Below are positions 9,701 to 18,117 of a stretch of 64,000 nt of DNA, piece by piece (within the stretch, counting starts at the first letter, position 1; each line of letters starts with the position of its first letter). The notes under the pieces were generated by a model. The model was not told the DNA's origin, did no database searches, and saw only the letters and a program-made list of their open reading frames with translations. The stretch is from positions 3,868 to 67,867 of the forward strand of contig CAIYWI010000074.1 of assembly GCA_903929885.1 (NCBI GenBank), read 5' to 3'. The stretch comes from an uncultured Phycisphaerales bacterium (GTDB taxonomy: Bacteria > Planctomycetota > Phycisphaerae > Phycisphaerales > UBA1924). The position numbers were made by a program, and so were the translations under genes.

Positions 9701-12700
9701 TGGCGCCAAGACGGAGGGCGTCGCCGAAGGTGACGTCGCCGGCGACGCGGACGGCGCCGCCGTCGAGCGTGAGCGAACCGCCGTCGTCGGTGACGAGCGT
9801 CCCGAGTCGGCCCGCGCCGGCCTCGTCGCCCCCCACCGCTCCGACGAACGCCGTCACCGGCGAGTTGACCGCGAGCGTGCGCGCAGCGCCCGACGTCGAC
9901 TGGACGGTCGACGCGAAAGTGGCCGAGGTGGAGGCGTTGACGACGGTGTTGGCATCGAGCGTGAGAGGGCCCGAGAAGAGCACGGCCGTGCCGCCGACGG
10001 TCGCGGCGGGAGTCAACGCGGCGGGATCGGCGCGAAGCGTGGTGGCGCCGGTGAGAGAAACGGCGCCGATCGACCGCACCGACGTGATGGAGACGGTCGT
10101 GCCGCCGGCGACGAAGGAGGCCAGCGCGGCCGTGTCTCCGACGACGCCTCCCACCAGCACCGCGCCGGCGCCGGAGGAAAGCGTGAGCCCCCGCTCGGCG
10201 CCGACGGCCGCGGAGTCGACGCGACCGGAGAGCGTGACATCGCCCGCGGCGGCGGAGACGCTCGACGCGGCGCCGACCTGCACGTCGCCGTTGACGACGA
10301 TGGACCCGGCATCGGCGAGCAGATCGCCCGCGAGCGTGATGGCGCCCGTGTGCAACTGCGCGCCCGACGTGTGAACGCCTTGGAGCGACACCGACGCCCC
10401 CGTCAGGGTGAGGGTGCGGACCAGTCGACCGTTGGCGCTCCCGACGGGGCCCCCGAAGGTGATGGTCCCTGCGCCGGCGTTCACCGTCAGGTCGCGGGCG
10501 GAGGCCGTGTCGTCGGCGTCGATGCCGGCGGCGAACGCCACCGCACCGCCGGAAGTCGCGATGGTCGCGGTCTCGGCGAGCGTGACGCCGCGAACGAAGG
10601 TCACGGCGTCGCCGCTGGTGGCGATGCCCGCATCAAGGACCACTTGGCCGGCGGCGGCGGCGGCCTGCGAGAACGCGCCGTCGAGGGAGAGTCCCGGGCC
10701 GCCGATGGTGAAGAGTCCGCCGTTGTTGACGGTCAGCGATCCGCCCGCGAGCGTCGTCGCGCCGCCGCCGAGCGTGATGGTCCGGCCCGACAGCGAGACG
10801 GGGCCGGCGACGCGAAGGGCCGGGAGCGTGGCGAGGTCGGCGGCCGCCAGCGTGAAGGCCTCGAGCGGGTTGACGGCGCCGACTGTGCCGCCGATGGTGA
10901 CGACGCCGTCGCTGCCCGTCACGCCCGACGAGCCCGCGCGGATCGTGAGCGACTCGACGCCCGCCGTGGTGGCCTCGATGGCGTTGGCGACGGTCACCGA
11001 GCCGACGTCCGACGCGCCCGTGACGGCGCCCGCGGCGGTGGTGTCGAAGGTCGCGTCGGCGCCAAGGCGAACCTTCGAGTTGAGCGTGATGTCGCCGCCG
11101 GCGGTCGCAAGATCGCCGTTGACGACCATGGTGCCCTGCACGCCCGCATTGACGGCCGTGGCGGAGAGGCCCGCCGGCGCGACGAGGCGGCCCGCGGCGA
11201 TGTCGCCGTTGGCGGCCGAGAGCGTGAGCGACTTGCCGCTCTTGAGCGTGACGTCGGCCAGCGTCAGACCTGCGCCGCGGAGCGAGAGCGACCAATCGCG
11301 GTCGAGGCCCGCGCCGGTGAGATCGAGCGTGCCCGCCGCCAGCGAACCGGCATCCGTTCCCGCGCGACCGATGGTGACGACGCCCGCGCTGACGAGGCGT
11401 CCGAGTTCGGCCGCGTCGAGCGAGAACGCGCCGGCCCCGCCCGCAAGGCCGACGTCGACGCCCGCGGCCGACGGGGCGAGCGTGATGCCCGCCTGACCGG
11501 TGACGGTGGCGGCCAGATCGAGCGTCGCGCCGGTGATGGAGACGGAACCGGCGCCCGCGTCGACGGTCGCGCCGACGGAGACGCCGCCCGCATGGGAGAG
11601 CGTCGCGCCGCCGGAGGCGTTGATGGCCGCGGTGGAGGCGAAGTTCACGCCGCCGGAGGCGAACGAGCCGCCGTTGGTGCCGATGGAGGCGTCGACGACG
11701 ACGTTGCCGGCGTTCGCGTCGGCGTCGTCGGAGCCGGTGTTGGCCCGCAGCACGACGTTGAGCTGGCCGCTCGAGGCGATGATGTCGTTGTTGACGACGA
11801 TGTCGTTGGCTGCCTCGAGCGTCAACGTGGCCGAACCCGCGCCCGAGGACTTGGTGATCGAGTCCTGGACGGTGATGTTGCCCTGCTGCGAGCCGGCCGG
11901 GTCGGTGGTGGTGATCGTGATGCTGGTGTCGGCGTTGAGCGCGGCCTGGATGGTGTCGCGGTTGACGTTGGCGTTGTCGATCGTGGGGCTGAAGACCCCG
12001 CCCGCGATCACGCCATCGTCGACGCCGCCCGCGGAGATGGTGACATCGCGAGGATCGATGAGCCACTGGCCGGCGCGACCTCGCGAGGCGGCAGCGGAGA
12101 TTTCGCGGCTGGAGAGGTCGAGCTGCCCCTTGCTGGAGGTCTCGATGAAGCCGCCGTCGCCGCCCCGGGCGCCGCCCTTGGCGGAGATGTCGCCGTAGAC
12201 GCGACTGGCCTGATCGGACCAGACGACGACGCTGCCGCCGTTCCCGCGTTGGGTGGCATCGGCGCGAATCTCGCTGTCACGGCTCACGTACGCGACCTGG
12301 GCGCGGGGAAGGTCGCCACGACCTTGAACGTCGCCGCCCACCCGCACGTCGCCCCCGCCGCGGGCGCCCGACACGTCGATGGAGGAGGCGAACAGGCCGA
12401 CCTTCTCGCCGAGCACCTCGACGCGACCGCCGCGGCCGGGCCCGCCCGCCCCGCCGCCGCTCACTGCTGCGGCATCGAGCGAACCGACGACATGGACCTC
12501 GCCGCTCGACGCGGCCACGCGGATCTCTCGGGCGCGAACCTCGCCGCCCACTCGCATCGCCATGGAGTAGACGTCGCCGGCGGCCATGGAGACCACGCCC
12601 CCGGCCGCGTCGACGCGACCCGTGTTGGAGAGGGCGGAACCGGGGGCGTCATCGGCGCGGCCTTCGACGCGGACGTGGATGCCCCCGTCGCGGCGGCCGA

Positions 12701-13364
12701 TCAGCACCTCCTCGCCGGCGCCCATGACCACCGCGCCGCGCGGCGCGTCGATGCTGCCCGCGTTGCCGACGCTGCGACCGAGCAGGCCCACGAAGTCGGC
12801 GGTGATGAACCCCTCGTTGACGACGCGGCCGGAGAGATCGGTGAAGCGGTCGAGGCCGCGGACGAAGTCCGAGTCGCTCATGCGTCCGGCGGCGGCGTAG
12901 AGCCCTGCGACATCGACGCGGGCGGTGGCGCCGAAGAGCACGCCCGAAGGGTTCACGACGTACACACGACCGTTGGCGAGGAGCGACCCGTCGATGCGGG
13001 TGGGCTGGGCCGACTGCACGCGGTTGAGCACCCGCGAGGCGGCGTCGGGCTGCTGGAAGCGGACGGTCTCGCCTCGGGCGATGTCGAAACTGCGGTAGTC
13101 GATGATGCTGTTGCGGCCGGCGCGGATGAGGGTTTCCGCGCCGTTGCGGGTGATCGTGACGTCGCCCCGGACCACGCGAGCGCCTTCGGGCCCGGCGACG
13201 GCGGCGGAGGCGAGCAGGCCCACCAGCAGGCCGCCGAGCCACGGCGAGGCCACCAGCGAGGGACCGCCCTTGGCGCAGGCCTCGGCGACGGCGGCGAGGC
13301 CGCCCGCCGAGCGAGGCGGACGAGCGGAGTGGTCGGGCCTTGAGACGGAGTGTGCCATGATCAC
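6768..13364 (-). CDS. two-partner secretion exoprotein (TpsA) with filamentous haemagglutinin-type N-terminal TPS domain
   Basis: 2198 aa. The N-terminal TPS domain reads VVRGDVTITRNGAETLIRAGRNSIIDYRSFDIARGETVRFQQPDAASRVLNRV...IDGSLLANGRVYVVNPSGVLFG. It is followed by about 1700 aa of Gly/Ala/Thr/Val-rich beta-helix-like repeats and a non-repetitive C-terminal region. Confidence 0.9.
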   Translation of the reverse strand: MIMAHSVSRPDHSARPPRSAGGLAAVAEACAKGGPSLVASPWLGGLLVGLLASAAVAGPEGARVVRGDVTITRNGAETLIRAGRNSIIDYRSFDIARGETVRFQQPDAASRVLNRVQSAQPTRIDGSLLANGRVYVVNPSGVLFGATARVDVAGLYAAAGRMSDSDFVRGLDRFTDLSGRVVNEGFITADFVGLLGRSVGNAGSIDAPRGAVVMGAGEEVLIGRRDGGIHVRVEGRADDAPGSALSNTGRVDAAGGVVSMAAGDVYSMAMRVGGEVRAREIRVAASSGEVHVVGSLDAAAVSGGGAGGPGRGGRVEVLGEKVGLFASSIDVSGARGGGDVRVGGDVQGRGDLPRAQVAYVSRDSEIRADATQRGNGGSVVVWSDQASRVYGDISAKGGARGGDGGFIETSSKGQLDLSSREISAAASRGRAGQWLIDPRDVTISAGGVDDGVIAGGVFSPTIDNANVNRDTIQAALNADTSITITTTDPAGSQQGNITVQDSITKSSGAGSATLTLEAANDIVVNNDIIASSGQLNVVLRANTGSDDADANAGNVVVDASIGTNGGSFASGGVNFASTAAINASGGATLSHAGGVSVGATVDAGAGSVSITGATLDLAATVTGQAGITLAPSAAGVDVGLAGGAGAFSLDAAELGRLVSAGVVTIGRAGTDAGSLAAGTLDLTGAGLDRDWSLSLRGAGLTLADVTLKSGKSLTLSAANGDIAAGRLVAPAGLSATAVNAGVQGTMVVNGDLATAGGDITLNSKVRLGADATFDTTAAGAVTGASDVGSVTVANAIEATTAGVESLTIRAGSSGVTGSDGVVTIGGTVGAVNPLEAFTLAAADLATLPALRVAGPVSLSGRTITLGGGATTLAGGSLTVNNGGLFTIGGPGLSLDGAFSQAAAAAGQVVLDAGIATSGDAVTFVRGVTLAETATIATSGGAVAFAAGIDADDTASARDLTVNAGAGTITFGGPVGSANGRLVRTLTLTGASVSLQGVHTSGAQLHTGAITLAGDLLADAGSIVVNGDVQVGAASSVSAAAGDVTLSGRVDSAAVGAERGLTLSSGAGAVLVGGVVGDTAALASFVAGGTTVSITSVRSIGAVSLTGATTLRADPAALTPAATVGGTAVLFSGPLTLDANTVVNASTSATFASTVQSTSGAARTLAVNSPVTAFVGAVGGDEAGAGRLGTLVTDDGGSLTLDGGAVRVAGDVTFGDALRLGANAIIDSGGSIAFRSTVDSDAAQSRALTVNSGGAAANTVFAGDVGGITPLASLTTNAAGVTFLPATIRTTGAQTYLDDVRLTADNTRLFASDVSFDRRVNSDTSVRSLTLNVSGETRLGGTVGGTIEGVPGALALASLTTDAGGSVIIGGNVTTTGSQSYGENALLDADVTLAGNGVAFAARVDSRGSTRRLVVNGGSAVSVAGDTGVLSNLESIEITAGAISLTNVTTVGSQTYRGSTTLSNILAGGDFDAFGGASVASVTAQNVRFRRLDSLTPAPTTISGNIVSTLSGAGVSFQDDLSLAANATISAVNAPITFGGRVNTLGATARSLIVNTAGTTTFTRAVGDTNALSNLETDAGGITLVNGGSVRTTGQTSFLDPVTIGADTQFDAASLSFARTLDAAVAGANLTLATTSTVTFGGAVGSASPLGRLLVNASNSNRTTLIGDAITTQRGMVFGGPIQLTGNSILDGGQGTLFFRGAIDSSDATGRNLTLRSAAVAKIASSGDATDIASGGGTAGDVTVTPFRFAGSIGSTNPLGRLVIGSDLAASPSVATAVFAVGDGFDASGRIVPQAGMFNGATTFVIGVTGPSFAAGGFTMGKGQKLTVFGSLDLRAGNRPAILSDISATGSIKVTAGSVAINGLAKDPAVNAVATNQRSGGAYVTRPEFLVDFVARSGVDFVITGGGNATPAGAAAIATDSGRAGSGLEGQIVGQHVAPDGSRQLITQAMFNAPGTNTRLLPLDLVAQRSSTTITTAVPTPVPASIGANASMTAVSPRVTPALAAPLPLAAAGLEVRPVDRAQLVQFLSRSTFVQDVPLVDDRDAMPLGVTAERLSGPALTSLLDAYCALWFDAPAEAKVALLAGSPLPVDRSERLARAVGAAWVGYVAAVGEAASGQGFRSHLESMTTDTGEERRLALEVIDGVRAFADRAAAAGLSPGETGRIRRAAVQRLMPGDSPEVQDAVLEAVGADLMLLSGL

Positions 13365-13424
13365 GGATCCTCGGCTCGCACGGATGGCCGCGTCCCGACG
13401 GGGACGGGGCTGGAACGAACGGTG

Positions 13425-15641
13425 TCAGTAGGAGACGGTCAGCAGGAAGTGCAGGCGGGTGCTCCCCGAAGAGACTTCCCGCTCGCTCGAGCCGAGCTGC
13501 TCGGGCCCGGCATCCTTGAGGGCCATGCCCCAATCGATCCTCGCGCTGACGTTGCGTCGGAAGAGCAGGTCGACGCCCACGCCCGCGCCGATGAGCGTGT
13601 CGGGAATTTCGCCCGCGAGCTTCTCCGACTGATTGACGCTGGCGATGTCGAAGAAGCCCTTGAGCACCAGGTCCCAGTCGGCGCGGCCGAACTCGTGCTG
13701 GGGCGTCCAGCGGAAGTCGCGACCGACCCACGAGGGCATCGTCGAATCGCCGATCGTGCCCGGGCGCCCGGGCGAGAGGGCGTTGGGGAGGTGGAAGCGA
13801 TACTCGAGCGAACCGATGAACACGTTGTCGCCGGCGGCGAGCGACTCGGGGTAGCCGCGAACGGAGAAGAGTCCGCCCGCGACCTCCTCTTCAGTGGGGA
13901 TCAGGCGGTTGTCGAAGGAGAACTGCCCGCGGCCGGTCAGCGAGAGTTCATGGGCCAGCGAGGTGAGGCCCTTGCCGCCGGGGCCGCCGAACCACCCCAG
14001 GTCGTTGAAGAGCGGCTCGAGATAGAAACTGTGTCCCGCCTGCATGCGAAGCACGGTGAAGGACTGGTCGACGCCGGGACGCCCGAGCGAATCCTTCTCG
14101 GCCTTGTCGAGGTCGTCGGCGTTCCAGGAGACGGTCGCGGCGGCGTAGAGGATCGAGTCGTCCCGCACCCGCTCGGCGGCGAGGCCCACGTAGGGCGTCA
14201 GGAAGTTGTCGCTGCCTTCCTGGGCCAGCGCGGAGTTCTCGACGTCGATCGACTGCCACTTCAGGCCGGTCACGAGGTCGAGGAAGAAGTCCCGCTGCTG
14301 CCAGATGGTCGTGACCACATCCGCGCCCGCCGAGGCATTCTCGCCGGCGAAGGTCTCGCCCGCGAACCCCACGTCGGAGGCGTCGTACTGGGACCACGCG
14401 CCAAAGCCGCGCGCCCGGACGCGATCGGACAGGATGGGGAAGGAGTAGTCGACGTTGACGGCGTGCGAGCGATCGAAGCCGGCGGTGGCGTAGTCGAGCC
14501 GCAGGATGTCGTCGCGGCGGGTGAGCTGGTTGTGGACGAATCCGAATCGCTCTCGCCACTCGCTGGTCTGCTCGGTGCCGGTGTTGGAGAGTTCGGCGTA
14601 GGCCGTCCAGGGCTTGTTCTCGGCGACGAGGTAGTCGAGCGTGACTTCGTCGGGCTTGGCGCCCGGGGCGACGGCGGCCTCGACGCGACGACCGGGGTGC
14701 CTGTTGAGGCGGGCCAGGTGGTCGTCGATGAGGTCGCGACGGACGAGGTCGTTGGAGGCCACGGGGCTCTGCATGCGGACGCGTTCGTGCACGCGGTCGG
14801 GCGTGTTGACGGCCGGCACCCGGCCCGCCTCGATGTCCTCGGCCAGCCGCTCACCCGAGGCGACGGTGCGGACCTCGCTCACGCGACCGGTCCAGACCAC
14901 CAGACGCAAGTCGCCGGTGGCGCCTTGGCGCAGGTCCTCGCCGCTTTGCATGGAGATCTGGTCCTCGGCGGGGCGGGCGAAGACCGAGATGAAGCCGCGG
15001 CGGTTGAGTTCGGAGGCCACGGCGCGGCACACCTCGCCGATGGCGCTGGCGTGGAACTGCGCCCCGGCGCCGGCGCCCAGATCGCGCAGACGGAAGGTCG
15101 CGGTGGGCACGCCCGAGCGGGGCAGGGGCCGGCCCATGGCGTCGGCAAGCGGCTGGCCGGCGCCGGAAAGCTCTCGCGAAGAGATGTAGCCCTGCGGCAG
15201 CACGCCGAGCGTCACCTGCGTGTCGAGCAACTCGTCGGCGGAGGGCTGGCCTTCGCCGGGCGTTCGCCACTCGATGATGAAGCGTGCAACGGCGTAGACG
15301 CGACCGTCGGCCGGCACCGCGCGGCCGGGTGAGGTGGCGGTGCCCGGTGCGGCGTCGGCGACTCGATCGACGGGCGCCTGCCCCTCGGGCGACGTGGGGC
15401 GGGCGGGCACGGGGTGTTGGCGAGGCGAATGTCGCGGGCCGACCGGTCGCGGCGAGTTGATGTCGAAGGGCGGCTCGGCGGCGACGCTCTCGGCATTCAC
15501 GCCGGCGGATGCGATGAGACAGGCGATGGCCACTCGGGCCAGCGCGCCTCGGGCGGTCCGCACGGAGGTGGTGGTGTGCCGCAAGCGTGGTGTCGTCATC
15601 CTGAAGTCCACAAGCCCGAGTCCACAGGCCCGACTTCGCAA
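13425..15641 (-). CDS. ShlB/FhaC/HecB-family TpsB outer-membrane transporter (POTRA plus beta-barrel)
   Basis: 738 aa, directly upstream of and co-oriented with the TpsA gene. POTRA-like region (LRLVVWTGRVSEVR...) is followed by barrel strands ending in aromatic residues (...RLHFLLTVSY-stop). An alternative ATG at 15599 would give MTTPRL. Confidence 0.85.
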   Translation of the reverse strand: MRSRACGLGLVDFRMTTPRLRHTTTSVRTARGALARVAIACLIASAGVNAESVAAEPPFDINSPRPVGPRHSPRQHPVPARPTSPEGQAPVDRVADAAPGTATSPGRAVPADGRVYAVARFIIEWRTPGEGQPSADELLDTQVTLGVLPQGYISSRELSGAGQPLADAMGRPLPRSGVPTATFRLRDLGAGAGAQFHASAIGEVCRAVASELNRRGFISVFARPAEDQISMQSGEDLRQGATGDLRLVVWTGRVSEVRTVASGERLAEDIEAGRVPAVNTPDRVHERVRMQSPVASNDLVRRDLIDDHLARLNRHPGRRVEAAVAPGAKPDEVTLDYLVAENKPWTAYAELSNTGTEQTSEWRERFGFVHNQLTRRDDILRLDYATAGFDRSHAVNVDYSFPILSDRVRARGFGAWSQYDASDVGFAGETFAGENASAGADVVTTIWQQRDFFLDLVTGLKWQSIDVENSALAQEGSDNFLTPYVGLAAERVRDDSILYAAATVSWNADDLDKAEKDSLGRPGVDQSFTVLRMQAGHSFYLEPLFNDLGWFGGPGGKGLTSLAHELSLTGRGQFSFDNRLIPTEEEVAGGLFSVRGYPESLAAGDNVFIGSLEYRFHLPNALSPGRPGTIGDSTMPSWVGRDFRWTPQHEFGRADWDLVLKGFFDIASVNQSEKLAGEIPDTLIGAGVGVDLLFRRNVSARIDWGMALKDAGPEQLGSSEREVSSGSTRLHFLLTVSY

Positions 15642-15873
15642 GCCGGGTCGCCCACAGGGGGCCCGCGGATCATGGCAGGACCCCCGGACCTTCGGGGAAG
15701 TTAGGGATAGGTTCTCCGCGCAGTCAAGCGATGGCGCGGCAATCGGGGAGCGGTCGATCTCGCGTCAGCTGGACTTCAATGCTCGGGTCCGAACGGAATC
15801 CTTCAATGCGAACGATTCCCTCCCGACGATGCGCACGCTACCCTTGCACGGTTCCGATCATTGGAGAACGACC

Positions 15874-16140
15874 ATGCGCGCCGCGACCGCCAACAAGTCC
15901 GCCGGCAAGTCCGCCGGCAAGCCTGCCTCGAACTCGAAGAACATCGTGGTGGCCTCGATCGCCGTCGTCGCGATCGTCGGCGCCTCGGTGATGCTGTACA
16001 TGTACTACCAGCCCGCCCCGCCGCCCTCGTCCGCCACGAACGTGACCGAGGGCGCCACCTCGGAGGAGACGCAGGAGTTCAAGCAGCAGCAGGAGCGTCG
16101 CCAGAAGTTCGAGAAGAAGCTCGCGCCGGCCGGCGCGTGA
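15874..16140 (+). CDS. small single-pass membrane protein, Lys-rich N-terminus
   Basis: 88 aa, GGAG 7 nt upstream of the ATG, and almost every third codon position is G/C. One TM span (IVVASIAVVAIVGASVMLYMYY). Confidence 0.65.
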   Translation: MRAATANKSAGKSAGKPASNSKNIVVASIAVVAIVGASVMLYMYYQPAPPPSSATNVTEGATSEETQEFKQQQERRQKFEKKLAPAGA

Positions 16141-16190
16141 TCATGATGCGGGCCGGGGCCTCGCTCCCCGTCGCCTGACCAGGCACCCGA

Positions 16191-17312
16191 GTGATCAAGT
16201 ACCTGGGCTCCAAGCGGACGCTGCTGCCCCGGCTGCTCGAGCTGGTGGCATCGGCGTCGGATCCGTGCACGGTGCTGGACCTCTTCTCCGGCACTTCACG
16301 GGTGGGCCATGCCCTCAAGCGGGCGGGCTATCGCGTCATCGCCAACGACCACAACGCCTACGCGCACGCGCTGGGGACGTGCTATGTGCAGGCGGATGCC
16401 TCGCGGTGGAGCCGCGAGGCGGCGATGCTGGTGGCGGAGTTCAACGCCATGCCGGGCCGCCCCGGCTACTTCACGAGCACCTTTTGCGAACAGGCGCGGT
16501 TCTTCATGCCCCGCAACGGGGCGAGGGTCGACGCCATTCGCGACGCCATCGCCCGCAAGGGGCTGCCTCGCGAGCTCGAGGCGATCATGCTGGTCTCGCT
16601 GATGGAGGCGGCCGATCGCGTGGACTCGACCACCGGGCTCCAGATGGCCTATCTCAAGCAGTGGGCCCCTCGCGCCCTCAACGACCTCACGCTCCGCGTG
16701 CCCGAACTGCTCGAGCGGCCCGCGCTGGGCGGGTGCGAGGCGCACGGCATGGAGGCCGCCGACGCGGCGACGATGGCGGCCGACATCGCGTATGTCGATC
16801 CCCCTTACAACCAGCACTCGTATCTCGCCAATTATCACGTGTGGGAGACGCTGGTGCGCTGGGATGCTCCCGCGACATACGGCGTGGCCCGCAAGCGAGA
16901 GGACTGTCGCACGCGGAAGAGTCCCTTCAACGCGAGGCGCACGTTCGAGTCCGCGCTGCGGACAACGCTGGCGTCGCTCGCGGCGCCCAAGGTCGTGATC
17001 TCGTTCAGCGACGAGGGGTTCCTCTCGAGGGTGGCGATGGAGTCGCTCATCCGCGACGCCCTGGGGCCCGGCACTCGCCTCGAGGTGCACGACATCGCTC
17101 ACCGGCGGTACGTCGGTGCGCAGATCGGCATCCACAACCCGGCAGGCGAGAAGGTGGGCGTGGTGAGCCACCTGGTGAACCGCGAGTTCTTCTTCGTGGC
17201 CGAGCGGTCAGGCACGAAGCCTGCGATCAGCGGCGGCGACGGCGGGCGAGAAGACCGAGTCCGGCAAGAAGGCAGGAGGCGGGACCGGGCGCCGGCACGA
17301 CCTGGTAGGTGA
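16191..17312 (+). CDS. D12-class N6-adenine DNA methyltransferase (Dam family), orphan
   Basis: GTG start. N-terminal KYLGSKR motif, FSGT SAM-binding region, and catalytic DPPY (YVDPPYNQ). Confidence 0.85.
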   Translation: MIKYLGSKRTLLPRLLELVASASDPCTVLDLFSGTSRVGHALKRAGYRVIANDHNAYAHALGTCYVQADASRWSREAAMLVAEFNAMPGRPGYFTSTFCEQARFFMPRNGARVDAIRDAIARKGLPRELEAIMLVSLMEAADRVDSTTGLQMAYLKQWAPRALNDLTLRVPELLERPALGGCEAHGMEAADAATMAADIAYVDPPYNQHSYLANYHVWETLVRWDAPATYGVARKREDCRTRKSPFNARRTFESALRTTLASLAAPKVVISFSDEGFLSRVAMESLIRDALGPGTRLEVHDIAHRRYVGAQIGIHNPAGEKVGVVSHLVNREFFFVAERSGTKPAISGGDGGREDRVRQEGRRRDRAPARPGR

Positions 17313-17910
17313 CCTTCACGTTGTCGATGCCCCACGATTCATCGCTGATCCCCTGAAGGCCGCCGTCCTGCCACTGGATGGCAAGCGTGCTGGTGCCGGG
17401 GTCGTCGAAGGTGAAGCTGACGCCCCGGTAGATCGCGTCGCGCCACCCCGCGAAGCCGAGGTTGGAACCCGAGACGTCGGGCGAGCGGAACGACTGCGTG
17501 ATGCCGGTGTGGTTCGTGAAGGTCTCGTCGAACTTGGCGACCGAGTTGACGAGCACCTTGAGGCGATCGACGCCGTAGGTCGTCTCGTTGCCGTCCCAGG
17601 AGTCGAGGATGTACAGGTCGAACTTGACGGTGAAGCGGTTGAACAGGAACGTCGAACTGCCCGCGACGTTCTGCGGCCGCGTGGCGGCCGGCAGCGTGAG
17701 TCGCGTGAAGCCGTTCGAGTAGTTGCCGTTGAAGGTCGTCAGCGTCGACCCGGCGATGGCGAGCTTGGTGTTGGTGCTCCAGACGCTTCCGAGTTCGCGG
17801 GCCTCGAAGGAGTTCTCGTACAGCGTCCTGACCGTCTGGGCGTGGGCCGACGGGGCGATCATGCCGAGCAGCGCAAGGCCGCCGGCGAGGGCGAATCGGG
17901 CGATGTTCAT
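17227..17910 (-). CDS. secreted protein with PEP-CTERM-like C-terminal sorting signal
   Basis: C-terminal 227 aa of ORF 17227..18789, ATG at 17910 (MNIARFALAGGLALLGMIAPSAHAQ is a signal peptide). C-terminus is VPAPGPASCLLAGLGLLARRRRR: a PEP-like motif, a TM helix and an Arg cluster. Confidence 0.75.
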   Translation of the reverse strand: MNIARFALAGGLALLGMIAPSAHAQTVRTLYENSFEARELGSVWSTNTKLAIAGSTLTTFNGNYSNGFTRLTLPAATRPQNVAGSSTFLFNRFTVKFDLYILDSWDGNETTYGVDRLKVLVNSVAKFDETFTNHTGITQSFRSPDVSGSNLGFAGWRDAIYRGVSFTFDDPGTSTLAIQWQDGGLQGISDESWGIDNVKVTYQVVPAPGPASCLLAGLGLLARRRRR

Positions 17911-18117
17911 GTCTCTCGTCTCCACTGTGTGACCGAACCGGGGACGCGGGTCTGTGGGCCGCGTTCCTCTCCCCACAGGGTGCACCGCGAACCCGCCGAC
18001 GCCAGCCCCGGGCCTTCGGATCGCCTCCCGTTCGGGTGCGGTCGCGCCTCGAAAAAGGGCTGCGCCGCCCGTGCCGGCCCGAGAACCTCCGCCCCGATGC
18101 GGATTATCCTGTAGTCC

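Noticed and set aside
9486-13343. 1285-aa plus-strand ORF, with other 200-500-aa ORFs on both strands between 6768 and 13364
   Set aside because: These are antisense or alternative frames of the TpsA gene. Only the 2198-aa minus-strand frame carries the TPS domain and coherent repeats; the others are low-complexity Arg/Gly/Asp strings.
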